Positions 18,301 through 27,500 of a stretch of 32,000 nt of DNA are shown one piece after another; positions within the stretch are counted from its first letter, which is position 1, and each line of letters starts with the position of its first letter. This DNA comes from Sinorhizobium meliloti (GTDB lineage Bacteria > Pseudomonadota > Alphaproteobacteria > Rhizobiales > Rhizobiaceae), in assembly GCF_017876815.1 (NCBI RefSeq), contig NZ_JAGIOS010000001.1:780001-812000 (forward strand). Direction: 5' to 3'. The notes below the pieces were generated by a model, which was given only the letters and a program-made list of their open reading frames with translations, made no database searches and was not told the origin of the DNA. The position numbers were made by a program, and so were the translations under genes.

Positions 18301-19016
18301 TCAACCGCAACATCATCGGCGCGGTCGTCGGCGTCCAGCCCTTCGGCGGCCGCGGTCTTTCCGGTACCGGTCCCAAGGCCGGCGGTCCGCTTTATCTCGG
18401 CCGCCTGGTTACGACCGCACCGGTGCCGCCGCAGCACAGCTCGGTGCACACGGACCCGGTCCTTCTCGACTTCGCCAAATGGCTCGACGGCAAAGGCGCG
18501 CGCGCGGAGGCCGAAGCGGCCCGCAACGCCGGCAGCAGCTCGGCACTTGGCCTGGATCTGGAACTCCCCGGCCCCGTCGGCGAACGCAATCTCTATACGC
18601 TCCATGCGCGCGGCCGCATCCTCCTCGTGCCGGCGACGGAGAGCGGTCTATACCACCAGCTCGCCGCTGCGCTCGCGACCGGCAACAGCGTCGCGATCGA
18701 TGCCGCCTCCGGTCTGCAGGCTTCGCTGAAGAACCTGCCGCAGACCGTCGGCCTGCGTGTCTCCTGGTCCAAGGACTGGGCCGCCGACGGCCCGTTCGCC
18801 GGTGCGCTGGTCGAAGGTGACGCCGAGCGCATCCGCGCGGTCAACAAGGCTATCGCCGCCCTGCCCGGCCCGCTGCTGCTCGTGCAGGCCGCATCGAGCG
18901 GGGAGATCGCCCGCAACCCGGACGCCTATTGCCTGAACTGGCTCGTGGAAGAGGTTTCCGCCTCGATCAACACGGCTGCAGCCGGCGGCAATGCCAGCCT
19001 GATGGCGATCGGCTGA
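15315..19016 (+). CDS. putA: bifunctional proline dehydrogenase / L-glutamate-gamma-semialdehyde dehydrogenase
   Basis: The 1233-aa protein has a PRODH barrel (LSIKLSALHPRY, VRLVKGAYWD) and an ALDH domain (ISPWNFPLAIF, AETGGQNAMIVDSSAL, QRCSALRVL). The ATG at 15315 is preceded by GGAGGA. Confidence 0.95.
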   Translation: MSPNPLQKPAIDAAPAPFADFAPPVRPQSTLRRAITAAYRRPETECLPPLVEAATQSKEIRDAAASTARKLIEALRGKHSGSGVEGLVQEYSLSSQEGVALMCLAEALLRIPDTATRDALIRDKIADGNWKSHLGGSRSLFVNAATWGLVVTGKLTSTVNDRSLAAALTRLISRCGEPVIRRGVDMAMRMMGEQFVTGETIREALKRSKELEEKGFSYSYDMLGEAATTAADAERYYRDYESAIHAIGKASAGRGIYEGPGISIKLSALHPRYSRAQAARVMGELLPRVKALALLAKNYDIGLNIDAEEADRLELSLDLLEVLCLDGDLSGWNGMGFVVQAYGKRCPFVLDFIIDLARRSGRRIMVRLVKGAYWDAEIKRAQLDGLADFPVFTRKIHTDVSYIACAAKLLAATDVVFPQFATHNAQTLAAIYHMAGKDFHVGKYEFQCLHGMGEPLYEEVVGRGKLDRPCRIYAPVGTHETLLAYLVRRLLENGANSSFVHRINDPKVSIDELIADPVEVVRAMPVVGAKHDRIALPAELFGDARTNSAGLDLSNEETLASLTEALRESAAMKWTALPQLATGPAAGETRTVLNPGDHRDVVGSVTETSEEDARRAVRLAADAAPDWAAVPPSERAACLDRAAELMQARMPTLLGLIIREAGKSALNAIAEVREAIDFLRYYAEQTRRTLGPGHGPLGPIVCISPWNFPLAIFTGQIAAALVAGNPVLAKPAEETPLIAAEGVRILREAGIPASALQLLPGDGRVGAALVAAAETAGVMFTGSTEVARLIQAQLADRLSPAGRPIPLIAETGGQNAMIVDSSALAEQVVGDVITSAFDSAGQRCSALRVLCLQEDVADRILTMLKGALHELHIGRTDRLSVDVGPVITSEAKDNIEKHIERMRGLGRKVEQIGLASETGVGTFVPPTIIELEKLSDLQREVFGPVLHVIRYRRDDLDRLVDDVNATGYGLTFGLHTRLDETIAHVTSRIKAGNLYINRNIIGAVVGVQPFGGRGLSGTGPKAGGPLYLGRLVTTAPVPPQHSSVHTDPVLLDFAKWLDGKGARAEAEAARNAGSSSALGLDLELPGPVGERNLYTLHARGRILLVPATESGLYHQLAAALATGNSVAIDAASGLQASLKNLPQTVGLRVSWSKDWAADGPFAGALVEGDAERIRAVNKAIAALPGPLLLVQAASSGEIARNPDAYCLNWLVEEVSASINTAAAGGNASLMAIG

Positions 19017-19034
19017 GCGCGCCGATTGAACAAA

Positions 19035-19214
19035 GGGCTGCCCCTCTCCTCGGGTTTAACCCGAGGACTAACCCTCTCCCCGCAGGCAGGGAGAGGGAAC
19101 GAGTAGGCCGCGCGTTCGATAAAATGGTGCGCTGGAGGGCGCCGCGTGTCCCTTCTCCCCGCCTGCGGGGAGAAGGTCGCGGCAGCGGGTTGAGGGGCAG
19201 ACGCCGGCTGCCCC
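19035..19214. repeat. cluster of GC-rich palindromic repeats (RIME/REP-like) downstream of putA
   Basis: Four hairpins are present: 19048-19066 (CCTCGGG/CCCGAGG), 19072-19097 (CCCTCTCCC/GGGAGAGGG), 19151-19176 (CCTTCTCCCC/GGGGAGAAGG) and 19194-19214. It shares a near-identical 30-mer with 12345-12374. Confidence 0.7.
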
Positions 19215-19265
19215 CTTGGCCTAACGATCGGGAATCCGCTATCAAGCTCGAAACGGACAAAGCGG

Positions 19266-19850
19266 ATGTTCACGCTCCAACGCATCGAGACCTCGGCACA
19301 GGAAATCAAGAAGAGCCGCTTCCTGGCGATTGCCGGGCCGATCGAGGACGAACTGTCGGCCAAAACCTTCATTGCCGCCCGCTCGGATCCTGCGGCCAAC
19401 CACAATTGCTGGGCCTGGCGGGCCGGCCAGAGCTATCGCTTCAGCGACGACGGCGAGCCAAGCGGGACGGCGGGCAAGCCGATCCTTGCAGCGATCGACG
19501 GTCAGTCGCTGGACCGCGTCGCCGTGGTCGTGACACGCTGGTTCGGCGGCGTCCTGCTCGGCAGCGGCGGACTGGTCCGTGCCTATGGCGGCACTGCGGC
19601 GCTTTGCCTGCGGGCGGCGGAAAAGATCGAGCTCATCGAACGACAGCGTGCCGAGATCGCCTGCGACTTCGCCGATCTCGCGCTCATCAAGGCGCGGCTG
19701 GCAGCGCGCGGCGTGTCGATCGCCTCCGAGACCTTCACCGGCACCGGCGCAGTGCTGTCGGCCGAGATACGGCAAGACGCGGTGGACGACGTGCTCACCC
19801 TCGTGAGCGATCTCACTCGCGGCAAGGCGCTGGTGACACTCTGCGACTGA
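19266..19850 (+). CDS. YigZ/IMPACT-family (UPF0029) protein
   Basis: EIKKSRFLAIAGPIEDE...HNCWAWRAG...FSDDGEPSGTAGKPIL...VVVTRWFGGVLLGSGGLVRAY are conserved family motifs. Confidence 0.8.
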   Translation: MFTLQRIETSAQEIKKSRFLAIAGPIEDELSAKTFIAARSDPAANHNCWAWRAGQSYRFSDDGEPSGTAGKPILAAIDGQSLDRVAVVVTRWFGGVLLGSGGLVRAYGGTAALCLRAAEKIELIERQRAEIACDFADLALIKARLAARGVSIASETFTGTGAVLSAEIRQDAVDDVLTLVSDLTRGKALVTLCD

Positions 19851-19938
19851 CGGGAGCTTTCATCTGCGCCACTATCGTCATAGTTATGCGGACGACACGG
19901 AGCTGAGTTCCGGCATCAAGATGGAGAGGATACATTCG

Positions 19939-20924
19939 ATGAAAACAAGGATCTTGGGACGAACGGGCGCCACGATTTCGGAGATCGGTTTCGGCGCCTG
20001 GCAGATCGGCGGCTCCTGGGGCGACGTCAGCGAGGAGGATGGCAAGCGCGCGCTCAATGCCGCCCTCGACAGCGGCATCACCTTCATCGACACGGCGGAC
20101 GTCTATGGCGACGGGCGTTCCGAAAAAATCATCGCCGCGGTGCTGCAGGAACGGGGCGGAGAGAAACCATTCGTCGCCACGAAGGCGGGCCGCCGGCTCA
20201 ATCCGCCCTGGCGGAGGGCTATACGGGCGCCAATATCGAGGCCTTCATCGACCGCAGCCTCGCAAATCTCGGCGTCGAAACGCTTGATCTCGTCCAACTC
20301 CACTGCCCACCGACGGAGGTCTACTACCGGCCCGAGGTCTTCGGCGCGCTCGACCGGCTGGTGACCATGGGCAAGATCCGCCATTACGGCGTCTCGGTCG
20401 AGAAAGTCGAAGAGGCCCTGAAGGCTATCGAATATCCAGGCGTCGCCACGGTCCAAATCATCTACAACATCTTCCGCCAGCGGCCGCAGGACCTATTCTT
20501 CGCCGAGGCGAAGAAGAAGGATGTCGGCGTCGTCGTGCGCGTACCGCTCGCCTCCGGCCTTCTTTCGGGCAAGATCAGCAAGGACACCGTCTTTGCCGCC
20601 GACGACCATCGCAACTTCAACCGTCACGGCGAAGCCTTCGACGTCGGGGAGACCTTTGCCGGCGTGCCGTTCGACGTGGCGCTGCAGGCGGTCGACGAGC
20701 TTCGCACGCTGGCGCCCGCCAATGTGCCGATGGCGCAATTCGCCTTGCGCTGGATCCTCGCGCAGGACGCGGTTTCCGTCGTCATTCCCGGCGCCCGCAA
20801 CGCCGCGCAAACGCAATCGAACGCCGCCGCCAGCGCCCTTGCGCCGATCGACGGCGCGACGCTCGCGGCAATCGCAGCGCTTTACGAGCGGCTCATCAAG
20901 GTTCATGTTCATCAGCGCTGGTGA
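19939..20924 (+). pseudogene. aldo/keto reductase interrupted by a -1 frameshift at about 20200-20210
   Basis: The N-terminal part (MKTRILGRTGATISEIGFGAWQIGGSWG...FIDTADVYGDGRSE...VATKAGRRLNP) is in the frame of ORF 19921. The family sequence continues in the frame of ORF 20361 (AEGYTGANIEAFIDRSLANLGVETLDLVQLHCPP...GKIRHYGVSVE...IPGARNAAQ). The original frame degenerates into PWRRAIRAPISRPSS and stops at 20364. Confidence 0.7.
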
Positions 20925-20946
20925 CAGATGAACCGGTAAGAGGCTG

Positions 20947-21378
20947 ATGACGAGGGAGGCATTCGATCTCGAACGCTTCGTCGCGGCGCAGGAAGGCATC
21001 TATCCGGCCGCGCTCGCGGAGCTGCGCGCCGGCGCCAAGCGGACGCATTGGATGTGGTTCATCTTTCCGCAGATCGCGGGCCTCGGCCATTCGCCGACGG
21101 CGCAATATTATGCGCTGTCGGGCCTTGGCGAGGCGCAGGCCTATCTCGCACACCGGGTCCTCGGCCGGCGCATTCTCGAATGCACGGAAGCGGTCAATGC
21201 GGTCGGGGGGCGCAGCGCTCTTGATATCTTCGGCCGGCCGGACGATTTGAAGTTCTGCTCATCGATGACGCTCTTCGAAGCGGCAGCGCCTGATGTCGAC
21301 GCTTTCACCCGGGCGATCGACCTCTACTTCGGCGGCGTTCGGGACTCGAGGACGATCGAGATTCTCGGCAAGAGCTGA
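20947..21378 (+). CDS. DUF1810-family protein
   Basis: LERFVAAQEGIYPAALAELRAGAKRTHWMWFIFPQIAGLGHSPTAQYYAL is the hallmark HWMWFIFPQ region. Confidence 0.8.
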   Translation: MTREAFDLERFVAAQEGIYPAALAELRAGAKRTHWMWFIFPQIAGLGHSPTAQYYALSGLGEAQAYLAHRVLGRRILECTEAVNAVGGRSALDIFGRPDDLKFCSSMTLFEAAAPDVDAFTRAIDLYFGGVRDSRTIEILGKS

Positions 21379-21385
21379 ACTGCGC

Positions 21386-21493
21386 TCAAAAGGACGCGGC
21401 CGCTCCCTGCGACAGGACGAGCAGGAACAGCACCGCACAGACCGTCAGGCCGGCGATGATGAGCATCAGTTCCTTCATCATATAGCGATACAT
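21386..21493 (-). CDS. small hydrophobic membrane peptide (35 aa), below the ORF-track cutoff
   Basis: Manual translation gives MYRYMMKELMLIIAGLTVCAVLFLLVLSQGAAASF*. A strong SD sequence AAAGGAGGG lies 6-7 nt upstream of the ATG. Third-codon-position GC is about 83%. It has one predicted TM helix. Confidence 0.55.
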   Translation of the reverse strand: MYRYMMKELMLIIAGLTVCAVLFLLVLSQGAAASF

Positions 21494-21891
21494 CGCGTCC
21501 CTCCTTTGCGGACGGCGAGTGCTGCTCCAGCACCGCACGTCCTATTCGGCGTGCAAAGGTCGCTGTCGCGCTTCGCATTGCTGCATTCTTTGATCCTTGA
21601 ACCGGTCAGGGCCCAAGCGAAGATGCAGCGGGTCTAATATGGGAATCCGGTTATGCGGCTTTAAGTTCCGCGCGAAGCACAAGAGTGTGAACGCTTCAGG
21701 CAAGCGCCGATGAAGCCTCGCAGGCACGCGCCGTTTAATCCCACCTCACCCGCCTGAAATGAGAGTTGCGAGCGCTGACCGAAACACTATCTCAGGAGTT
21801 CGTCGCGCCGGGACGCGGGCGGAAAGCCGCATAGAGTTTCCGTCCCGCGCTAAGGCGCCCTTCATCGCACAAACCATGCAGGAGCTTGCTC

Positions 21892-22569
21892 ATGCTTGTC
21901 AGGCTGACCGTACAGACGATCGTCTGGTTCGGGTTCATCGGAGCCGTCCTCTTCCTCTCGGCCGGAACGCTCGCCTGGCCGGCGGCGTGGACCTATCTGT
22001 TCCTCATGCTTGCGCTTTCGTTCCTCGTCGGGCTCCTCCTTGCCCGGCACGATCCCGCGCTGCTCAAGGAAAGACTGGCTGCCCCCATCCAGGAGGGCCA
22101 GCCCCTGGCCGACAAGGTGCTCCTTTCGGTTATCCTCCTGTTCCTCGTCGGCGGCTTCGCCTTCATGGCGCTCGATGCCGCGAGATTCAAATGGTCTTCC
22201 ATGCCGGTCTGGGTGCAGGCTCTGGGCGCGCTGCTCGTCGTCCTCTCCATCGGTTTCAGCTATCGGACATTGCGCGAAAACAGCTTCGCATCGCCGGTCG
22301 TCAAGGTGCAGACGGAGCGTGCGCAAAGCGTGATCACCACGGGACCCTATCGTTATGTCCGTCATCCCTTCTATACGGGCAGCCTTCTCTTCGTCGCCGC
22401 GACCTCTTTGTTCCTGGGCTCCTGGTGGGGGCTGCTCGTGGCACTCGGACTGGCGGCATTGCTCGCGATCCGGATCGGCATAGAGGAGAAGGCGCTTCGC
22501 ACCGGGCTCGCCGGCTACGATGCCTATGCGGAACGCGTGCGCTACCGGCTCGTGCCCTACGTGTGGTAG
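21892..22569 (+). CDS. isoprenylcysteine carboxyl methyltransferase (ICMT)/PEMT-family membrane methyltransferase
   Basis: It is a multi-TM protein with the C-terminal motif VITTGPYRYVRHPFYTGSLL...IEEKAL. The ATG at 21892 is preceded by AGGAG. Confidence 0.75.
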   Translation: MLVRLTVQTIVWFGFIGAVLFLSAGTLAWPAAWTYLFLMLALSFLVGLLLARHDPALLKERLAAPIQEGQPLADKVLLSVILLFLVGGFAFMALDAARFKWSSMPVWVQALGALLVVLSIGFSYRTLRENSFASPVVKVQTERAQSVITTGPYRYVRHPFYTGSLLFVAATSLFLGSWWGLLVALGLAALLAIRIGIEEKALRTGLAGYDAYAERVRYRLVPYVW

Positions 22570-22753
22570 CCGGCCCGGCCGTTCGCCGTTGACTCCTCCG
22601 ATGATGAGAGGAGAATGTCATCTTCCGCGTCACTACAGTGCCCCGCGTCCTGCCGGACGCCCAAAAGCCGCTGTAGCACTTTGAAGCGCTGCATTTTTTT
22701 CGTGAGTCGCAACGGCTTGGGGAGACTGCAGCAGGATAGAAGAGGCGCCTACG

Positions 22754-23224
22754 ATGACGATCGCCAGGAGACTTCAGGACTATATCGACAGCGAAGGGAT
22801 CACCTACGACACCCTCGCCCATCACCGTACCGCAACCACCAGTCAGACTGCCGAAGCCGCCCATGTGCCGGGCAACAGGCTCGCCAAATCCGTGGTCGTT
22901 CACCACGAGATGGGCTATGCGCTCGCCGTCGTTCCGGCCACGCATCGGGTCGAGCTCTCCACCCTGCAGGACGTCATGAACCGCCGTCTCGGCCTCGCCT
23001 CGGAGGAGGAGGTCAGCGAGCTCTTCAACGATTGCGAGACCGGAGCCGTCCCGCCCATCGGCGAGGCCTATGGCGTGCCGGTCATCCTCGACGAAAGCCT
23101 CGACAGGGCAAACGATATCTATTTCGAGGGCGGCGACCACAGGACGCTCGTGCATATGAGCGGCACCAATTTCCGCAACCTCACGAAGGATGCGCGGGTC
23201 GCCCGGTTCAGCCATCCGTCGTAA
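22754..23224 (+). CDS. YbaK/EbsC/ProX-like aminoacyl-tRNA deacylase-domain protein
   Basis: LAKSVVVHHEMGYALAVVPATHRVELSTLQ...GAVPPIGEAYGVPVILDESL...IYFEGGDHRTLV fits the family pattern. Confidence 0.65.
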   Translation: MTIARRLQDYIDSEGITYDTLAHHRTATTSQTAEAAHVPGNRLAKSVVVHHEMGYALAVVPATHRVELSTLQDVMNRRLGLASEEEVSELFNDCETGAVPPIGEAYGVPVILDESLDRANDIYFEGGDHRTLVHMSGTNFRNLTKDARVARFSHPS

Positions 23225-23260
23225 GCCGGGCCGCTTATCGGCGGCGGGCCATATCGGGGC

Positions 23261-23932
23261 TCACTGGGCGATCGCCGTCGTGGATATGGCGATGCAGGAC
23301 GCGCTTCCCGCGGGAATGAGCATCCCCTGCCCCTGGCCCTTGCCGAGGTTGTATGTCTGGACGCCCGAGAGCGTATCGGCCGCGGTGCTGCCCGGGGGCA
23401 GGAGCGGAAGGACATCCTTGCATGCCCTGGGGAAGGGCGCCACGCGCAGCATTGCGCCTTCACACCCGCCCTTCGGCAAGGGAGCCGCGAAGACGAAACC
23501 GCCCGCCGGACCTTCGTAGCCGGGGGTCTTGTAGCTGAGGCCGACGATCGCCTGGATCATATGCTCGTCCGCCTTTTCGGCGTTCCAATGGGAGCGGACG
23601 GCATATTGCGACCCGGTCACCAGCATTTCGCCCAGCAGCGGAAATGCCGTCGTGCATCTTTTCATGCCGGCCTGCTTTATGTGATCGGCGAAAACGTTGC
23701 TCGGCACCTTGGCCGGCGTCTCCGCGGCCCGGACCGAGCCATCGGCGGATTGAGCCAGACCGATCACGCCCTGAAAATACAAGAGAGCGACGGCGGCGAA
23801 GCCGAGAACGAGGGTGCCCAGGACACCGAAGAACATTCTGCGCCAGAGGTGCTCCCCGGCAGGAGTCTGTGGGAATGAAGCTCCGCCGGTCTGCGGCCGG
23901 CGGAGCCGGTCGTTTGCATCTGTCTCGGTCAT
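23261..23932 (-). CDS. hypothetical membrane-anchored periplasmic protein (one TM, four Cys), last gene of the surface cluster
   Basis: The TM segment is FFGVLGTLVLGFAAVALLYF. It is followed by a roughly 170-aa domain I do not recognise. The start is 13 nt after the IalB-family stop. The start codon is uncertain; M33 is an alternative. Confidence 0.55.
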   Translation of the reverse strand: MTETDANDRLRRPQTGGASFPQTPAGEHLWRRMFFGVLGTLVLGFAAVALLYFQGVIGLAQSADGSVRAAETPAKVPSNVFADHIKQAGMKRCTTAFPLLGEMLVTGSQYAVRSHWNAEKADEHMIQAIVGLSYKTPGYEGPAGGFVFAAPLPKGGCEGAMLRVAPFPRACKDVLPLLPPGSTAADTLSGVQTYNLGKGQGQGMLIPAGSASCIAISTTAIAQ

Positions 23933-23945
23933 GAGGTCTGCACTT

Positions 23946-24515
23946 CTACTCTATGGCCTCCAGTGCCGGGTTCAGGCCCTTCAGAGGCAGGTTGATGCTG
24001 ATGGTTCCGTCGCCCGTGCCGTAGGAGACCCCGACCGTCGCCTCCCGGGCGATGTTGTCACGCAGGATGGGGCCTACCGGCACCGTCGCCAGGCAGACGC
24101 CGCGGTCGCAGCTTTCCACCTCCACCTCGACCGGCTTCTTGCGGTCGGGGAACGAAAGGCTCACTCTCGACCCCTTGCCGGCGGCCGGAGGCACCCTCAG
24201 GATCATCATCGGCCTGCCTTCCGCGGTTGCGGCGAGCGACCAGCTGAAAATGCTTTTTCCGGACTCGTCGGCGACGTTTTGCGTGATGTTGCAGATCTTC
24301 TGCTTCGTCTTGAAATTCTCGTCGCAAATGAGCGTCCAGTTTCCGAAAGGATGGATGACGCGGCGATACATTCCGATCGGCACATCGGGCGGAACGGCCA
24401 CCTCGGAGGGCTTTATCCGGTAGCGAGGGGCCGTCTCCCCCTCCTGTCCGACGGAGGCGCCGGCAGACAGGATGAAACCGGTGACGGCCGCCAGGCCGCC
24501 GGTGAGGCGCCCCAT
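23946..24515 (-). CDS. invasion-associated locus B (IalB)-family protein
   Basis: A signal peptide MGRLTGGLAAVTGFILSAGASVGQ is followed by FGNWTLICDENFKTKQKICNITQ...IFSWSLAATAEGRPMMILRVP...VEVEVESCDRGVCLATVPVG, the IalB-like pattern with conserved Cys pairs. The start lies 8 nt after the adhesin stop. Confidence 0.75.
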   Translation of the reverse strand: MGRLTGGLAAVTGFILSAGASVGQEGETAPRYRIKPSEVAVPPDVPIGMYRRVIHPFGNWTLICDENFKTKQKICNITQNVADESGKSIFSWSLAATAEGRPMMILRVPPAAGKGSRVSLSFPDRKKPVEVEVESCDRGVCLATVPVGPILRDNIAREATVGVSYGTGDGTISINLPLKGLNPALEAIE

Positions 24516-24523
24516 CGTCCGGC

Positions 24524-27500
24524 TCAGTTGAGCGTGATGCTGAGGCCGGCACCGACACCGACGTTCCCCCCGGCCGCAGCACCGGTCAGGTTCGCCCGGA
24601 CGCGTCCGTCTTCGCTGGTGTAGCCGGCACCGAAGGCGAGCGCCCCTTCGCTTCTCCAGAAGCCGCCGCCGAGCGCCACGCTCAGCTTGCCCGGCTCATT
24701 GTCGAAGCGCAGCGAGGCCGCCGCAAGTCCGATGGCGGCGGCTTGCCGCGCTTCGCTCCGAACCTGCCCGATCTCGCCCGAGAGCTGCGCGAACCGTTGT
24801 TGCGCATAATTGTTCACCGCGCTCACCTTGGTCTCGATAACCTGGTCGGTGTAGATGGCCGCCTGATCGATCGCCCACTCGGTCTTTTCGTCCGTGTAGC
24901 TCTTGCTTTCCGCGACGCTTTCGTCGAGCTGGCCGACATTGACGGCGTCGGTCGCCTTCACGCCCTTGGCCACATTGGCGATGAGCACCGGCTTGTCGGG
25001 ATCTCCTCCCTCGAGCGTCAGCGTGTTGAGCCTCTTGCCGGCAGCGTCGGTATCATAGACGGCAGCGTTCTCCAGATCGCCCTGGAAGCTCTCGATATAG
25101 GTTACGCGGCTGTCGATCTCTTTCACTTCGGTATCGAGCCGATCGACCTTCACGTTCGTGGCGTAAAGCTGGCTGCCGTTGACCGCGTCGGTCGAGTTCG
25201 CGTTCAGGTCGCCCGCGGCGACATTGGTGATCTTGGTGCCGTTAGCCCCCTCCAGCGTCAGGGTGCCCTTGCTTTTGTCGTCATAGCCGACGCCATTCGC
25301 AGTGGCATTCGCAACGACGTCGAAGAGCTGGCCGCCGTTGACGGCATCCTTCGAATCCTTCGCCACCGTACCGTTTGCCACATTCGTGACCTTCATGCCG
25401 CCGGCATCGATGCCATCGGTCGTGACGCTCGGCCCCCCGGTGATGACCAGGCCGTTGCTGCCGAGCATGGTGCTGCCGATCACGATCGAACCGCCGGTGA
25501 TAACAGTGGTCGGCGCATTCGGATCGGCGGGATCGGCACCCACCGTGATGCTTTCGGAGACGTCCAGATCGTCGGCCAGGTCGAAGCTCACGGTGTCGCC
25601 GGTCTCCGCCTTGCTGACGACGATATTGCCGTCGCCGCTGCGAAGATCCACCGTCTCGCCCGGCGCGACATTGGACGCGTTCGCACCCTGCGCCGAGAGG
25701 CTCCAGCCGGCACCGGCCGTGCCGCCCACCGCCGCCAGCGCGTCGCCGACATTGCTGTAGTCGGTGCCGCCGATCGTGTATTTCGGGGCGATCCACTCAT
25801 CCTTGACAGGGTCATAGGCGGCTCCCCCGCCCAGGGCGACGGCCACGTTGGATACGCGGCTGCGAAGCCCGAAGAGCTGGCTGCCGTTGACGGCATCGGT
25901 CGATGCCGCGCTCAAGGCGCCGGGCGCAAGATTGGAGATCCTGGTGCCGCCCATGCCCCCGGCAAGGGTCACGCTATCGAGGTTGAGTTCGCCCTCATCG
26001 ATCACGCCATTCGTATTGGCGTCGGTCCAGTCATATTTGACCGCCCGCTGGTCGGTATTGCCCGATGCGGTCTCGACTTGCCTGAGCTGGGAAAAGTTCA
26101 CCGCGTCGGTGTCGGCCTCGCCCGCAGCGACATTGGTGATTTTGCCGGCCGCTTGGATGCCCGCCGCCGTCACGCGCGGGCCGAGCGCCGTGTCCTCCCC
26201 GTTCGCGTCCTGCGTCGTGAAGCTCAGGCCGTTCTCGTCCAGCACCGTGGATGCACCCGTGTCGGGATCTCTCGCCGTCACCCTGTTCACCTCGATCTCA
26301 TCGGCCAGATCGATGCTCACGTCGTTGCTCAAGATCTGATTGCTGATCACGATATTGCCGTCGCCGCCTTTGAGGACCAACTCGTCGCCCGGCCCGATGC
26401 CGTCGATGCTGCCGCTGTCCGTCGTGAGCTTCCAGCCTGTCTTGGCGATCGTCTCGACCGATTTGAGCTGGGCCACGTTGGCGGCATCGGAGTCGGCCGT
26501 GCCGGCGGCGACACCTGTGATCTGGCGGTAGACGCCGGTTTCGGCGTCCGGATTGCCGACGGCGACCGCGCCGCGCGTGCTCTGCGTCGCCTCGATGGCG
26601 TTTTGGTCGGCCGTCGAGGCCCCGCCCGGCACATAGCCCGCCACGTCGGCACCCGTATCCGAAACCGAGCCGGAACCCAGCGCCACGCCGCCGACTTCGG
26701 TGACGTCGGCACCATTGCCGAGCACGAAGGCATCGGACACATCGATATTGTTGCCGTTGCCGATGACGCGGCTGCCATCGGCGGCATCCGCCAATGTGTT
26801 GTCGTTGCCGAAGGTGCCGGCGTTGTCGGCGGCGATGGTGTTGTCGTTGCCCAGCGAGTAGGAGCCGGTACCGGTGATATCGGTCGGATCGCCGATGGCG
26901 CCGCTCGAAGCGCCGCTGACGGTATTTCCGACGCCGATGCTGATGGACTTCAAACCGGAAGCCACGGCGCCGGTGCCGATTGCGATGGCTTCATCGGCGC
27001 TCGCCAGCGCCTCATTGCCGATGCTCACCGCGTCACTGACCACGAGGTCGGCGCGCACGGCGGTCTCATGTTCGCTCTCGGAAAACTGGATTCCCGCATT
27101 GGTGCCTATGGCGACGTTGTTATCGCCTTCCCGGGAACCGCCCGCCGAATCGCCGATCGCTATGTTTGACGACCCCTTCACCTTCTGACTGGCCGCAACG
27201 CCGAGGGCGACATTGTTCTGACCGGAGGTGGAACCAGTCCCTGAACCTGTGCCGATCATGATATCGCCCGCCGATCCCGACGTGGCTCGGGTACCGATGC
27301 TGATGGAATCGTTCAGGGAGGTACTGCTATTCCAGCCTATGCTGATGGACCGGTCGTCGTTGGCCAGCGCATCCGTGCCTATAGCGACGGCGTCGCGCGC
27401 ACCGCCGTCCGCCTGCGCCGGATCGGCGGCCTTCGTTTTCGCACGCGAGCCGATTGCAATCGACCGATCCGCATTGGCTTCGTTTCTGGCACCGATAGCA

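Noticed and set aside
22681-22700. T7 run (22694-22700) after the ICMT-family gene as a rho-independent terminator
   Set aside because: The preceding stem is only about 6 bp with a G-U pair and a 10-nt loop. That is too weak to call confidently.
22615-23319. 234-aa plus-strand ORF starting right after GAGAGGAGA upstream of the YbaK-like gene
   Set aside because: The SD-to-ATG spacing is only about 1 nt and the product is Arg/Ser/Cys-rich junk. It overlaps the well-formed YbaK-like frame out of phase.
24743-27169. 808-aa plus-strand ORF antisense to the trimeric autotransporter gene
   Set aside because: It is a low-complexity (D/G/R/A/V-rich) mirror of the repetitive adhesin coding strand. 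The minus-strand frame carries all the YadA-type motifs.
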